Notes: generated by a model not told the origin, from the sequence alone. DNA of 63,620 bases, filler included, from Octopus bimaculoides (GCF_001194135.2; 8 parts of 7 records of this genome joined end to end with filler, not necessarily neighbours in it), one strand, 5' to 3'; positions 1 through 13,030 are shown, counted from the whole stretch's first letter. Numbers and translations are program-made.

Positions 1-1039
1 ATATATATATATATATATATATATACACATGCATACGTATATTTCAGACTATAGTCAGACTATAGGTGAATTAATAAACATCCTACTTGAGATGTCATTG
101 ATATAAGACTCTTAGAAACTCTTAAATATGAACGGTTTAATATTCATGAGTATCATGAGGGCAATGCTGTGAATAACTACATTAAACGTATTACTATACA
201 TATGAAGCAGAATGCCGGTTTGTTTATCTTGATGTAAACATCATGTTGCTTCAGGGATGTTTTGTCATTTTAAAAATAAACATTTCATAAATAGTATGTA
301 TATTTATATGTGTGTATGTATATGTAGACATGCATGTTTTGTATATGTATGTATCCGTCTAATTTCCTATCTTCCTCTCTTTGCATATAGAGAAAATGTT
401 TGCTATTTGAAAGCATATTTTAAATTAAGAAATCAAGGTATTAGAATAACCAATATCATTTCAAAGAATTTGGCACATATACTCTTGCATATAAATAGCA
501 AATATCTGTAAAATGAAACTACCATCTTCCTCAGTTACTTTCGGGATTCGGTTTCTGAAAAGATGAAATATATTGATGAGGCGACTTTTAATCGTGTTGG
601 CCATACTGACTCGAAAAACAAGAAATTTGAGAAACCTTGTTATCATTCTCATATTTGTTGTTCTCCCTCTCAAAGATTCACCAGAACATAGTATTCTAGG
701 TAGCTTAAATAAGGAATGCTAAGTGGCCAAACGTTAGAATAACACGCGGACGAAACTTTTCGGCCGTTCATATCTGGATAGCTGACGATGTGTGATAAAC
801 TCAGTGTCTTGTTGGAGCACTTACGGCCTGCCCCGAGCGAATTTTATGTCTATGAGCTTCATGATCTCGTATTTAGCTCAATAAATGCAGCTGCATTGAC
901 TCGCTAACACACAAGGTGACTAGGTATGACATGACCCTCATTTCTCGCCATATCCAAGGCTTTCACAGCCGATAGGAACGTGGTGTGCACAACTTCTGTG
1001 AACCGCCTGCGCAGCCCGGTGCAACGTGTGGGTCTTAAC

Positions 1040-1907
1040 GTTTATGTATTCAAATAGCTGATGTGCTTTATTTATTTCAACTCAATACAGCCTTCCATAC
1101 AGTTCACAATGGAAAAGGAAAAAAAAAACAATCAGCTAGCATTCCTGGACGTATTAATAACATGCGCCAAGTGTGGATTCAGGATATCCGTATGCCGCAA
1201 GCTGATCTTCACTGGACGATTCCTTAACTTCAATTCTCACCATCCTTACAGTGTAAAGAGAGGAATTGCTCAGTGCCTAAAACATCGAGCAATGAATATA
1301 AGTAGCGATCGTGTACCCACCACGAAGAAATGATCAAGCTCAGTAACAATGTATTAAACAACAACGACCTCATAAACATACCATCTACTCCAATTATGAA
1401 GAAAAGAGAGGACGAAACCAATAAACTACAATCTGTCTACCGTTTTTGAAAGGCCTCTCTGAAATGATACAAAAGATATGCGGCCTATATGACATCAGGA
1501 CAGTATTCAAGAGTAATATAACACTTCACAAATATCTCCTTCGGGTAAAACAACCAATAGAAGAGAATATGATCAAAAACTGCGTGTACTCCATGCCATG
1601 CAGCTGTGGTAGGTTATACAAAGGTGAAACATGTCGTCCCCTCAAAATAAGAGTAGAGAAACATCGCAAAGCTATGACACGAGATGATATTGATAAATCG
1701 AGTATAGCTGATCATGTATGGAAAAATGAAGACCACCTGTGGGATGAAGTTAAAATGATAAACAGAGAACACCTCTGTAAAATACGAAAACTAAAAGAAG
1801 CAGCACCTATGCTAGGAGACAGCAACCTCCTAAAAAGACCAGGTGCAGATAGGAACAGTATATGGGAACCGGTATTAAGAAAGTATAGGAAAACATTAGA
1901 TTTATAA
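1040..1907 (+). mobile_element. Penelope-like element fragment (RT C-terminus plus GIY-YIG endonuclease), frameshifted
   Basis: Translations FNSIQPSIQFTMEKEK..LAFLDV, FLNFNSHHP..VKRGI and VYSMPCSCGRLYKGETCRPLKIRVEKH..SSIADHVW match the PLE RT thumb and GIY-YIG pattern; split over frames. Confidence 0.85.
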
Positions 1908-1929
1908 GCCCTAAATTCATGTAATAATT

Positions 1930-2000
1930 GCTCACGGGCATATGCCGTAGTGGTTAAGAGCGCGGGGTGCTAACCCCGAGATTCCAGGTAGTGACCTGAA
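1930..2000 (+). mobile_element. Short tRNA-derived SINE remnant
   Basis: A-box-like gccgtagtggttaagagcgcgg, degenerate B-box region, then a (TAA)n tail. Confidence 0.5.
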
Positions 2001-2055
2001 TAATAATAATAATATTAATAATAATAATTACAATAATAATGATGATGATGATGAT

Positions 2056-2165
2056 GCAATAAGGGTGGAGCATTTGCAGAAAACATCACTGCTTGAAACC
2101 GCTCGAATACTCTAAAAATCAGAGTTGTTACCTTAGTACACTGGTGGCGAAAACAGCCGAAATAT
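2056..2165 (+). mobile_element. R4/Dong-like LINE 3' end fragment
   Basis: Encodes AIRVEHLQKTSLLETARIL; near-identical to the 34209-34370 and 34878-35030 copies; preceded by (TAA)/(TGA)n. Confidence 0.6.
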
Positions 2166-2199
2166 TTGATGTAAGAGAAATCAGATAACATCTACCTTC

Positions 2200-2870
2200 A
2201 AAACAAACGTTGCAAATGTTTTAGAATAGAGTAAAAACATACAGAATTGGTCCCAAAGCAGTAGAAGAATGTTATTTTCTCGTACAAGTCATCCATTACC
2301 ATATTTCTGACCACCGGCCGAATGTACGTGAAGCATTTAACCCAAACTGCCTTCTTCCAACTGTTAAACACGGAGTAGGATTTGTGATGATCTGGGGCGC
2401 TATATCTTGGAAATCTGAAGGCCTAAATGTTTCCGTTCATGACTGAATTAACAGTCAAGATTATTTAAACATTTATCTGAACAAATTCATCCTATGTGTG
2501 GGGAACTGTTTCCGGAGTGAAACGCAATCTTACAGGATGATAATGCACCAATTTACGCAACAAAAGTTGTTACTGAATGGTACGAGAAACGAGTGAAGAT
2601 TAAAATCTCATCTGGCCACCAGGATCTCCAGATCTCAATATTATTGAACATTTATGGTGTATATTAGAAAACAAAGTAAGGAGTAGACATCCTTTACCAT
2701 CATTACTACAAGACCTGGACACTGTTTCAACTGAAGAATGGATAAATATCCCTTTGGAAACAATTCAAACTTTGTACGAGTCCACACCTCGTAGAATTCA
2801 AGCTGTAACTACTGCCAAAGATAAATTTGTTTGAAATTTAAAGTGTTACCATTATTTTGTCCAACACGTG
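2200..2870 (+). mobile_element. Tc1/mariner (DDE) transposase remnant with right terminus
   Basis: Degenerate PTVKHG, WGAIS, QDDNAP, WPP.SPDLNIIEHLW, EEW..I and PRRIQAV motifs; ends ...ttttgtccaacacgtg|TA. Confidence 0.8.
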
Positions 2871-2879
2871 TATATGTGT

Positions 2880-2938
<59 letters not shown>

Positions 2939-3020
2939 NNNNNNNNNNCAAAGATAAATTTGTTTGAAATTTAAAGTGTTACCATTATTTTGTCCAACAC
3001 GTGTATATGTGTCTGTGTGC
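2816..3020. repeat. 72-bp direct duplication around a (TG)n tract and a 10-N gap
   Basis: 2816-2887 is repeated at 2949-3020; probably a contig-overlap artefact. Confidence 0.75.
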
Positions 3021-4007
3021 TCGCGCGCGCGCGTGTGTGTGTGTGTGTGTGCTTGTGTCTGTAGGGACGCATTTATAGGTGTGTGCATTTGTTCAAGAGG
3101 TTAAATGGTTTTTTGACTGATTTCTATCAAATATTTGTTAATTTGTTTTCGTTTCATTGCTGTCACACTGTACGTTATATACGAAACTAATATACTGACG
3201 TAGATCTTTTCGATATAACTCACTCGGATCACAGATTTTATCTCTTTTTTGACTTAGTGTCTTGGAAGGAGGAAATCAATTAATGTTCAGCATATTTTGT
3301 AGGGCGAAAATTTATTATGTCATACAAGTTGTCCCGTCTGTCAAATATTTTCTAATGTTTGTATCCGTAACAATATTTGAACAGACCCTGTTACTGACAG
3401 CAGTGCACAAAATATTCTGCAAAATCTTTATAAATAAATATAGTTTTTCTTTTTACATGAGGGAAACAGCAACAGTTTACCTACCGTCGTGAGACATTTT
3501 ATATTAGGAGCAGAGGCTTGAGGAATATTGTGTTTATTTTTAATAATCATTAGCTATGTTCTTAAAAGAAACTATGTAAATTCAAGTCTTTCCAATTATT
3601 GAGCTCCTTCGCTCTTTCATTACATACTGATAATGAAAATGATAATAATGTATTATGTGAGAGTGTGTTATAGATTTCTAAGTTTGCATTACGTAGTTCT
3701 TTGTTATTGCAAATACCTATTTGCAGATATTGTTCAAACGCTAACGAAGAAACAAATGTCACCTAACGGTATACCTTGGAAAGTATTTGCTTTCTAAGAT
3801 AAACTATCATCACACTGAATGCCTATTTCACTATCTTAAATAATACAGGTAATCCTTTATGCCAGAGTATGGGTAATCACATTTACTATGTATCTGAAGT
3901 GGTCATTTATCAATAGAAAACATGGTATACGTGGCCGATTTCATGCATATATGCTCATATCATATATGTGTGTGTTTGTGTTTGTGCGCGCGTGTGTGTG
4001 TTTATAT

Positions 4008-4107
4008 NNNNNNNNNNNNNNNNNNNNNNNNNNNNNNNNNNNNNNNNNNNNTTAATTAATTAANNNNNNNNNNNNNNNNNNNNNNNNNNNNNNNNNNNNN
4101 NNNNNNN
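4008..4107. other. Artificial scaffold spacer 1
   Basis: 44 N + TTAATTAATTAA (4052-4063) + 44 N. Confidence 0.97.
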
Positions 4108-4246
4108 GCTCCACTACTGCTTAAATCTCTCTGAGAAATTTAGAAATATTATATTTCTAATTTTGCTGATCATTGAATAAACTTCACTATGATTTATATA
4201 AGTTTGCGAAGGCGAAACATGCTTCTCTATCCAGCTGGCAAGCTAC

Positions 4247-4289
4247 TTCAGGCTGATGACGAGCAAAGACTCAGAAACATGTCCCTGAA
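4247..4289 (+). ncRNA. Minimal type I hammerhead ribozyme fold (PLE-type)
   Basis: ttcagg-CTGATGA-c.gag(caaaga)ctc.a-GAAA-C at G-TC|cctgaa: 6-bp stem I, intact core, palindromic stem III; the base pair closing stem II is a C.A mismatch. Confidence 0.55.
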
Positions 4290-4984
4290 TGCTGGCTAGG
4301 CTGGGTGGAGGAGCTTGTCTCCCCCTCGCAAAACTTAAGGACACAGTAATTGTGTCAAGGCCGACAGGAAGCGGTCCAGCTTCCTAGGGCTAAACAGCAG
4401 TAGTGTGTTCCCTTATTGGGATTCTCACATTAGGTTGACAATATACTACAACTATATATATATATATATTTTGATAGAAAAGGTAAGACAATAAAAGGAA
4501 AGAAACCCGCAATATTATGCAAATAAAGGAATTTATCTGTAAATAATGTGGCAATTATTCGGTAGCCATGATAAAACTCCAAGTTTCGGGTGTTAGGGTG
4601 GAAACACACGCCGCCATCTCTCTCTCTCTATATATATATTTGGCGGCGTTAAATAACGTTGTTGAAAAGCTTGTCTCTTTGTACCCAGAACAGTGGCCTT
4701 TGACCTCCTAAGGCAATAAAGGCTGGAGATAAAATCTTTTGTGTACTAAAAACAAGGCGTGCGCGCCTGCACATACTCAAACACGTACACACACACACAC
4801 TTACACCAGAAGTTTGTGTATGTGTGTGTATCTATGTACAGAGGGGTAGCAAAATGATATACCGTTAGCTTTTTGATGTGTTGTATTTAGAAGCATCTCA
4901 GCAGGGTGCTATGATGATTCTAAAATGCAACAAGCTGTAAGGGACTACGTTTGATTTTTGCAGATAACAAAGGTGCGTAGATTA

Positions 4985-5103
4985 CTCTTTACTCTTTTAT
5001 TCTTTTACTTTATCAGTCATTTGACTGCGGCCACGCTGGAGCAGCGCCTTTTAGTCCAGCAAATCGACCCCTGGACTTATTCTTTGGAAGCCTAGTACTT
5101 ATT
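4985..5103 (-). mobile_element. tRNA-derived SINE (family 2), partial
   Basis: tcagtcatttgactgcggcc..ctggagca.cgcc.ttagtc..gcaaatcgacccc.ggacttattc; related segments at 14440-14830 and 47985-48165. Confidence 0.7.
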
Positions 5104-5202
5104 NNNNNNNNNNNNNNNNNNNNNNNNNNNNNNNNNNNNNNNNNNNNNNNNNNNNNNNNNNNNNNNNNNNNNNNNNNNNNNNNNNNNNNNNNNNNNNNNN
5201 NN

Positions 5203-5510
5203 NACCGAGGTCGATTTTAATTTTCATTCTTTCGGGGTCGTTAAAATAAGCACTAATTAAACACTGGTGTTTTGATGTAATCGACATCCCCTCCCCTCAA
5301 AATTGTTGTCCTTGTTTCAAAATCTGGAATCATTAAAGATAGTGAGTAGGTCAGACAATATGCTTAGTGGCTTTTCGTCTCTGTTGACATTTTGAATTCA
5401 AATTCCTCCAAGGTTGACTTCGTCTTTCATCTTTCCAGGGGTCGATGTTTTCGATTTGCTCCCTCTCCTAACATTGCTGGGTTTGAGCTAAAATTTGAAA
5501 CTATTATCAC
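5203..5510 (+). mobile_element. Two SINE family 1 fragments
   Basis: gaggtcgattt..tttcattctttcggggtcg..aaataag.ac; same family as 18273, 26610, 28752, 53043 and 59588. Confidence 0.7.
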
Positions 5511-6164
5511 TACTATTACTGACTTATACAACCAGAATATTATTGGTGATACGATTTTTGACTTTAGCCATAATTGTTGCAATCGTTATCCGTTATTCTA
5601 ATGGAATTACTATTGTTCATAGTCGCATTCCGTAATTTCTAAATATTTTGTGTACAAATTAATTCTCAATTTCCGGTTGAAAAGCAGTATTACTGAACTT
5701 GTAGAATATGGCATTCTTCGGTGCTAAGGTTAGAAAACATTTATTCTTCTGTGTCCAGACGTATCGACATCCAAGTGGTGAGTCAGCCTGATAGAAATTG
5801 TAAAGTCGTATGATTTCCTGCTTGCAAGGACGAAAAATTGTCTGTAGTAAAAGAGATACACATAAACTGCAAACACCACACACGGTCGCACGATTTCTTG
5901 TGTTGGTAGAAACAAAGGCAAGAACAAGTAAATGAAAATAGAAATGAAAATAGAAACCGACATAATGAACTTTAAAGAATGACCTCATACCGTTAATACT
6001 CTACTTTAAGATGACGGATGGCCATTGCAAAAATCACAAATAGCTTCTGTTCGTTATCACTGTTCCGTTTGTGTTACCAGTTTTGACCCACCGCAAAATC
6101 CTAAATGTTATTTAATTTACTTTGCGGGTGCAACTGTTTTATCGAAAGCGTATATTGTTGTTAA

Positions 6165-6345
6165 ATGCTCGAAATACGAGACTAGAGATACAGCCAACAG
6201 CTGATGAAGGGTCGTTCTTTATGTTGTTTGCTTTGTTTTCCATTTGTGTCTTTCGGTGTTCGGAAGAAAATTCATGTTCCTTGTACTCGTGCTTCGTACT
6301 TTTTCTTGCTCTCGTTTCGTGACGTCCTGTGGCCACATATGCATA
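6165..6345. repeat. Interspersed repeat, probably a PLE terminal-repeat fragment
   Basis: Similar to 18695-18890 (cgaaa...ca.ctgatgaaggg...ttgtt.ttc...ga.gtcctgt); both end at TA microsatellites. Confidence 0.55.
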
Positions 6346-7227
6346 TATATNNNNNNNNNNNNNNNNNNNNNNNNNNNNNNNNNNNNNNNNNNNNNNNNNN
6401 NNNNNNNNNNNNNNNNNNNNNNNNNNNNNNNNNNNNNNNNNNNNNNNNNNNNNNNNNNNNNNNNNNNNNNNNNNNNNNNNNNNNNNNNNNNNNNNNNNNN
6501 NNNNNNNNNNNNNNNNNNNNNNNNNNNNNNNNNNNNNNNNNNNNNNNNNNNNNNNNNNNNNNNNNNNNNNNNNNNNNNNNNNNNNNNNNNNNNNNNNNNN
6601 NNNNNNNNNNNNNNNNNNNNNNNNNNNNNNNNNNNNNNNNNNNNNNNNNNNNNNNNNNNNNNNNNNNNNNNNNNNNNNNNNNNNNNNNNNNNNNNNNNNN
6701 NNNNNNNNNNNNNNNNNNNNNNNNNNNNNNNNNNNNNNNNNNNNNNNNNNNNNNNNNNNNNNNNNNNNNNNNNNNNNNNNNNNNNNNNNNNNNNNNNNNN
6801 NNNNNNNNNTATATATATATATATATGAATATATATGTATATATTTATATATACATATAAATATGTATACATGTGTGTACATATATATTCTTATATATTC
6901 ACAAATATAGGCACGCAATGACATAGACACACACACGCACGCGTATATATATATATATGTATGTATATACATGTGTATACGTACATATATACATACCTAT
7001 ACATATATATATATACTATAGTCTGACAGTGAATTTCCCCTTTATACATAGGGGGGGAAAATTAAGTGACTTTTCACAGTATAGTCAACGCCTCGGGTGC
7101 TGTAGGCGTCTTACGTTTCCTGAAATTCCCGTATATATATGCAATTTTGTTGGATAGCTGTTTCCTTGAGTTTTATGTATTATCATGTTTGAAACTTATT
7201 CTTGCAACTCTAGTCACCCCCTCTTCT

Positions 7228-7865
7228 CCTTATCATCATCATCATTGTTGTCGCCGTCGTCGTCGTTATCATCGTCATCATTATCATCATCATCATCAAC
7301 ATAATCATCATCAGCATCATCATCGTCGTTGGCGTCATCGTCATCATCATCATCATCATCATCTTCACCATCATCATCAGCAGCATCATTTTCCACCTCC
7401 TCATCATCATCATAATCATCATCATCATTTTCCTCCTTCTCCTCCTCTTCCTCTTTTTCCTCAGTCATCGCCATCACCACCACAACTGCTACCATCATCA
7501 TCATCATCATCATCATCATTATCATTGTCTTCATCAGTGTCAACATCGCAACCACCATCACCACCACAACCACAACCACCTTCATCATCGTAACCATTAT
7601 CATCATCACAATCATCATCAACATCACCACCACCAACCACGTCATCATCATCATCACAGCCATCACCATCACCATCACCACCACCATCATCATCACCGCA
7701 ACCATCATCACCGTCATCATCACCACCATAATCAACATCATCACATCATCGTCATCATCGTCATCACCATAGTTCCTCCGCGTCCTCCTGCCTCATGATG
7801 ATGACGATGATCACCATCGTCATCATCACCACCCTCACCATCAATTATGTAAACATCATTACCAC
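7228..7865. repeat. Compound (CAT/CGT/CAC/CCT)n microsatellite
   Basis: Direct inspection; produces spurious poly-H/D/M ORFs. Confidence 0.95.
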
Positions 7866-8257
7866 CTTGTCAACATTAACATTATTGCAATTATCGATCA
7901 GAACCGTTATAAAAAAAATTGCTTATTATTGGTATTTATATTTTGATACATTTTTATTGTTTGTTTATGCAATCAAAAAGAATGCTTGATGCAAATATTT
8001 AGAGAGTGCTATCTCTAGGGTCCATCTATGCATAGTATAATTCCAAGGATAATATTTTTCTGTTCAATAATATTCAAATTTTGCTCTTTATAGGCCGTTA
8101 GGGTACTCGAAGATTTTGCGAATCATTATTGACAAAAAAGACAAACGTATGTTCTCTTAGTCATTGACGGAAACGGAAAGAAGTCTCCTGTATGCATATA
8201 ATTGACCGCTAACTCCAAAAGTCTTTTTATTCTCTCTCAGTTTATTTCTTTGTGTTC

Positions 8258-8293
8258 CTTTCTGATGAAGAGCGTAGGCTCGAAACGTAAAAG
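8258..8293 (+). ncRNA. Minimal type I hammerhead ribozyme fold inside a probable PLE terminal repeat (about 8225-8348)
   Basis: cttt-CTGATGA-a-gagc(gtag)gctc-GAAA-CG-TA|aaag: stems I and II pair, loopless palindromic stem III, GUA cleavage triplet. Confidence 0.65.
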
Positions 8294-9244
8294 CACTTTC
8301 TCACCTTCTCGAGCGTCAAACTAATACATTTACTTTTTGTTCCTACACNNNNNNNNNNNNNNNNNNNNNNNNNNNNNNNNNNNNNNNNNNNNNNNNNNNN
8401 NNNNNNNNNNNNNNNNNNNNNNNNNNNNNNNNNNNNNNNNNNNNNNNNNNNNNNNNNNNNNNNNNNNNNNNNNNNNNNNNNNNNNNNNNNNNNNNNNNNN
8501 NNNNNNNNNNNNNNNNNNNNNNNNNNNNNNNNNNNNNNNNNNNNNNNNNNNNNNNNNNNNNNNNNNNNNNNNNNNNNNNNNNNNNNNNNNNNNNNNNNNN
8601 NNNNNNNNNNNNNNNNNNNNNNNNNNNNNNNNNNNNNNNNNNNNNNNNNNNNNNNNNNNNNNNNNNNNNNNNNNNNNNNNNNNNNNNNNNNNNNNNNNNN
8701 NNNNNNNNNNNNNNNNNNNNNNNNNNNNNNNNNNNNNNNNNNNNNNNNNNNNNNNNNNNNNNNNNNNNNNNNNNNNNNNNNNNNNNNNNNNNNNNNNNNN
8801 NNNNNNNNNNNNNNNNNNNNNNNNNNNNNNNNNNNNNNNNNNNNNNNNNNNNNNNNNNNNNNNNNNNNNNNNNNNNNNNNNNNNNNNNNNNNNNNNNNNN
8901 NNNNNNNNNNNNNNNNNNNNNNNNNNNNNNNNNNNNNNNNNNNNNNNNNNNNNNNNNNNNNNNNNNNNNNNNNNNNNNNNNNNNNNNNNNNNNNNNNNNN
9001 NNNNNNNNNNNNNNNNNNNNNNNNNNNNNNNNNNNNNNNNNNNNNNNNNNNNNNNNNNNNNNNNNNNNNNNNNNNNNNNNNNNNNNNNNNNNNNNNNNNN
9101 NNNNNNNNNNNNNNNNNNNNNNNNNNNNNNNNNNNNNNNNNNNNNNNNNNNNNNNNNNNNNNNNNNNNNNNNNNNNNNNNNNNNNNNNNNNNNNNNNNNN
9201 NNNNNNNNNNNNNNNNNNNNNNNNNNNNNNNNNNNNNNNNNNNN

Positions 9245-9302
<58 letters not shown>

Positions 9303-9700
9303 TGTATATAGTTATATATACGATGGGCTTCTTTCAGTTTACGTCTTGCAAATCCACTTGCCCAAAATGCCACGAAATGGAACTCTGTATATGTGTATAT
9401 ATATATAATCAAATGAATGATAATAGAGACGATGCTCTAACGAGCTGACAATTGTCTATGGTCTGTTCTTATTCATTTGATTATAATACACCAAGGGGAT
9501 TTACGATTTGTCAGAAATCATAGAGTATATCAACAACATACAATTCAACGTAACGCGTGCTTTGGACTAGCCCTTAGGCGCCAAATACTCATAGGGTTGG
9601 CTCTTTTTGTGTACACAACCAGAATGCCCTATTTTACACTTACCAACTACAGGCCGGAAGCACAGGTTTATCTATCGGAATTCTTATTTTACTATATGTA

Positions 9701-9739
<39 letters not shown>

Positions 9740-11199
9740 TTGTATAAAATTAATTAAAGGACATACTAAATATATCTACATGCTGGAAATAACAGACAAA
9801 ACCNNNNNNNNNNNNNNNNNNNNNNNNNNNNNNNNNNNNNNNNNNNNNNNNNNNNNNNNNNNNNNNNNNNNNNNNNNNNNNNNNNNNNNNNNNNNNNNNN
9901 NNNNNNNNNNNNNNNNNNNNNNNNNNNNNNNNNNNNNNNNNNNNNNNNNNNNNNNNNNNNNNNNNNNNNNNNNNNNNNNNNNNNNNNNNNNNNNNNNNNN
10001 NNNNNNNNNNNNNNNNNNNNNNNNNNNNNNNNNNNNNNNNNNNNNNNNNNNNNNNNNNNNNNNNNNNNNNNNNNNNNNNNNNNNNNNNNNNNNNNNNNNN
10101 NNNNNNNNNNNNNNNNNNNNNNNNNNNNNNNTATATATATATATATATATTAGTCCATGAAATTCCAACTGTGTCTGACTTTCAAGTTTTTTTATTTGCA
10201 ATTTATACAATTCTATAATATTGAAATAAGCTATAACTTTCATTTGTTACGCAAACATCAGGCTTATGTCGTGACAGTCATGTCCCACAATTAACAACTA
10301 CAGTGAGAAAGAGATACATGCATACATGCATACAGGCATACATACATACATACATACATACATACATACATACATACATACATACTCATATGTACATTTG
10401 TATTTCTGTCTGTGTGTTTGTTCCCCAACGCTACAATTTGATAACCAGCATTAGCTAGTTTACGTTTCCCCAAGTTAGCGGTCCTGCAAAATAGTCCGAT
10501 AATATAAGAACCGGAATATATGAACACTACATACTAGGGTCAATTTGTTCGACCAAATCCCTCCTTCAAGGCAGTACATGCCTCAGCATGGCCGCAGTTC
10601 AGGAATTTTCTGTATGTCTTAAGATTGTTACGAAGATAATTGAATCATGGGTCTGAGACTTGGCTCCCTTGTATCTTACCAATTCCACAATAAACATTTC
10701 CAAAACTAAATCAAATATCTAACAATATTTCACATTTATTCATCTCTTATTTGAAGATTAAATTGAACTTGAACTAAGTTTAACTTTTATCATTTCAATG
10801 TCTAATTTATTCTACGAGGTTTGGAGTAGACTTGGATATATCACCTATGTCCGTCACTTACAAAAGTTAACCTCGTGCTTTTCATACAAATCAATACGTA
10901 ACAGAAAAGGTATTCCACTTAACAGAACATAACACTGCTAACTGATTAAATAACTTCCATAATATTATCTGATTGTTTGCTTAAAACAAATAACCAAATT
11001 TTAAATTACATCTTACAACTACTAATTTGTATCGTGACAAGTTTCAAGACAGCATCTGATCTTTCAAAAGCATACAACACTATTATCAGCTTTCTTGTTC
11101 CAGTTAATTGGTCTTGTTCAACCAACATGCAGATTTACAAGTTTGTACAGTTAAATATATGAATCACTCAACGTTTGTATTCGTCTTGCCTTGATGTTT

Positions 11200-11285
11200 A
11201 TACTGCTAGCGCTTCGATTATGTTATCATTGGGCAGACAGAGAAGAATTGAAGATCTTATTCAAGCTAATGGAAATGGTTATAGT
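11200..11285 (+). mobile_element. Possible Tc1/mariner C-terminal remnant
   Basis: RQRRIEDLIQANGN resembles the R.RIEA.I.A.G terminal motif; short and degenerate. Confidence 0.3.
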
Positions 11286-11475
11286 TTACGAATTAATGAG
11301 CTAGCACATCATTCGAACACGGTTATTATTGAATCAAACGATCTACGCACGTGTATATACATATACAGATACACACACATACACTCAAACACACATATAG
11401 ACATACACACATACACACACACTTGCATACACATATATATCTATATCTATATATTTATTCACACACACATATACA

Positions 11476-11511
<36 letters not shown>

Positions 11512-12099
11512 GAGAGAAAGAGAGAGAGATGTATATGTATGTGTGGATAAGTATATATCGATATAAATCTCTCCCATTCTCTGGATATCTGCATAATACA
11601 CACACGCACACACACACACATACACACACACACACACACACTCACATAGGCACACATATATAATTATATATTCGCATATCAATAAAAGTTTATGCATTTC
11701 AAAAAGCCAATCACTGAAGGGAATGTACGATGTTTGTGTGTATGTATGTGTGTATGTAAAAGGATGTATGTATGTATGTATGGATGTATGTATGTATGTA
11801 TGTATGTGTGTATGTATGCGTGTATGTATGTATATATATATGTATGTGTGCGTGTATGTACGTGTGCATCTATGAACGTGTGTATGTATGAGTAAGTATG
11901 CATGCAAGCATGTATGTATGCATGTATGGGTGTATGTATGTATGTATATGATTGTATATATCAAATCTCCTAAACCTATCCGTAAATGAACAACTAGATT
12001 GTTTTTCTAACGTCACTCTGAGTCGGTCTCTTAATCAATAAGTGTGTGTGTGTTTGCATATGTACACATGTATACATAAATATTTAAGTATATATATAT

Positions 12100-12199
12100 N
12101 NNNNNNNNNNNNNNNNNNNNNNNNNNNNNNNNNNNNNNNNNNNTTAATTAATTAANNNNNNNNNNNNNNNNNNNNNNNNNNNNNNNNNNNNNNNNNNNN
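12100..12199. other. Artificial scaffold spacer 2
   Basis: 44 N + TTAATTAATTAA (12144-12155) + 44 N. Confidence 0.97.
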
Positions 12200-12201
12200 T
12201 T

Positions 12202-12238
<37 letters not shown>

Positions 12239-12619
12239 ATTTATATATATATATATATACACGCACACACTTGTGCATGTGTGTGTACATATATATATAT
12301 ATATGTGTGTGTGTGTATATATATATATATATACACATTATATATATTGATAAATAGATATAATATACATATGTATATATGTTTGTACATGTGTGCGTGA
12401 GTGTGTGTATGTGCGCATATGTGTGTCTGTATATAAGCATGTGTATGTGTATGTAACCATTGGCCATAATGCACTTCCTTGTCTTGTCGCAGGAAGAATT
12501 TTTATAGATGCTTGATAAAAATTTCATACAACTACTGCCATAATATGAAGGACATTTTCACTGCCAAATCACACTAAGAGCCAACTCCCAGGTGGAGCTG
12601 TTGAGACCCCGAAGCTTGC

Positions 12620-13030
12620 CTACTTGATCAGGCATATTTGATAAACTCAGTTTTTTTATGAAGCCAAAGTTATAGCAGTTTTCCACGACAATATGATTGA
12701 GAAGAAAATTTACACCAGGTTATGCAAAGGCAATTTTAAAAGTCATTATGCAATCCATCAGTCTTCTTTCTAATACATAGACAACAATAAAGCCACTAAC
12801 TTGGCTTGGCAAGTATGGAATCTGAAGACCAACAACAGACAGTCAAGTGGAGAATCATGGAGAAATCTATGCTAATACATAGATGGATCAAAAAGGTGCA
12901 AGTTATGTGTAGCTGAAAGATCACTCTTTCTTTTTAGATCCTAGAATTCAACCACACTACTTAATTTCAGATGTGAAATTTAAAGCAAATGCAACACATG
13001 GATAAGTTTCTTTTATCAAACTGGAGGATG
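12620..13030 (+). mobile_element. Penelope-like element GIY-YIG C-terminal fragment, decayed
   Basis: Across frames: FYEAKV..KKIYTRLCKGNFKSHYA.H.SSF..TNLAWQVWNLK..VKWRIMEK..CKLCVAE..LLNFRCEI..KC.H. Confidence 0.7.

Noticed and set aside
530-690. Exon-like open frames on both strands (YFRDSVSEKMKYID..PSQRFTRT*)
   Set aside because: Several competing frames and no recognisable family; possibly a terminal exon of a gene outside the window.
2816-3020. Duplicated Tc1 terminus as a biological tandem duplication
   Set aside because: It straddles a 10-N gap next to a (TG)n tract, so an assembly overlap is more likely.
7066-7131. FSQYSQRLGCC, resembling PKD1L QRLSCC
   Set aside because: Opposite strand to the PKD exons and no TM helix follows; it shows how easily such short motifs arise by chance.
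8094-8146. Plus-strand exon-like PLGYSKILRIIIDKKDK, PLAT-like
   Set aside because: Good splice signals but too short, and lacks the WHD motif; cannot be assigned.
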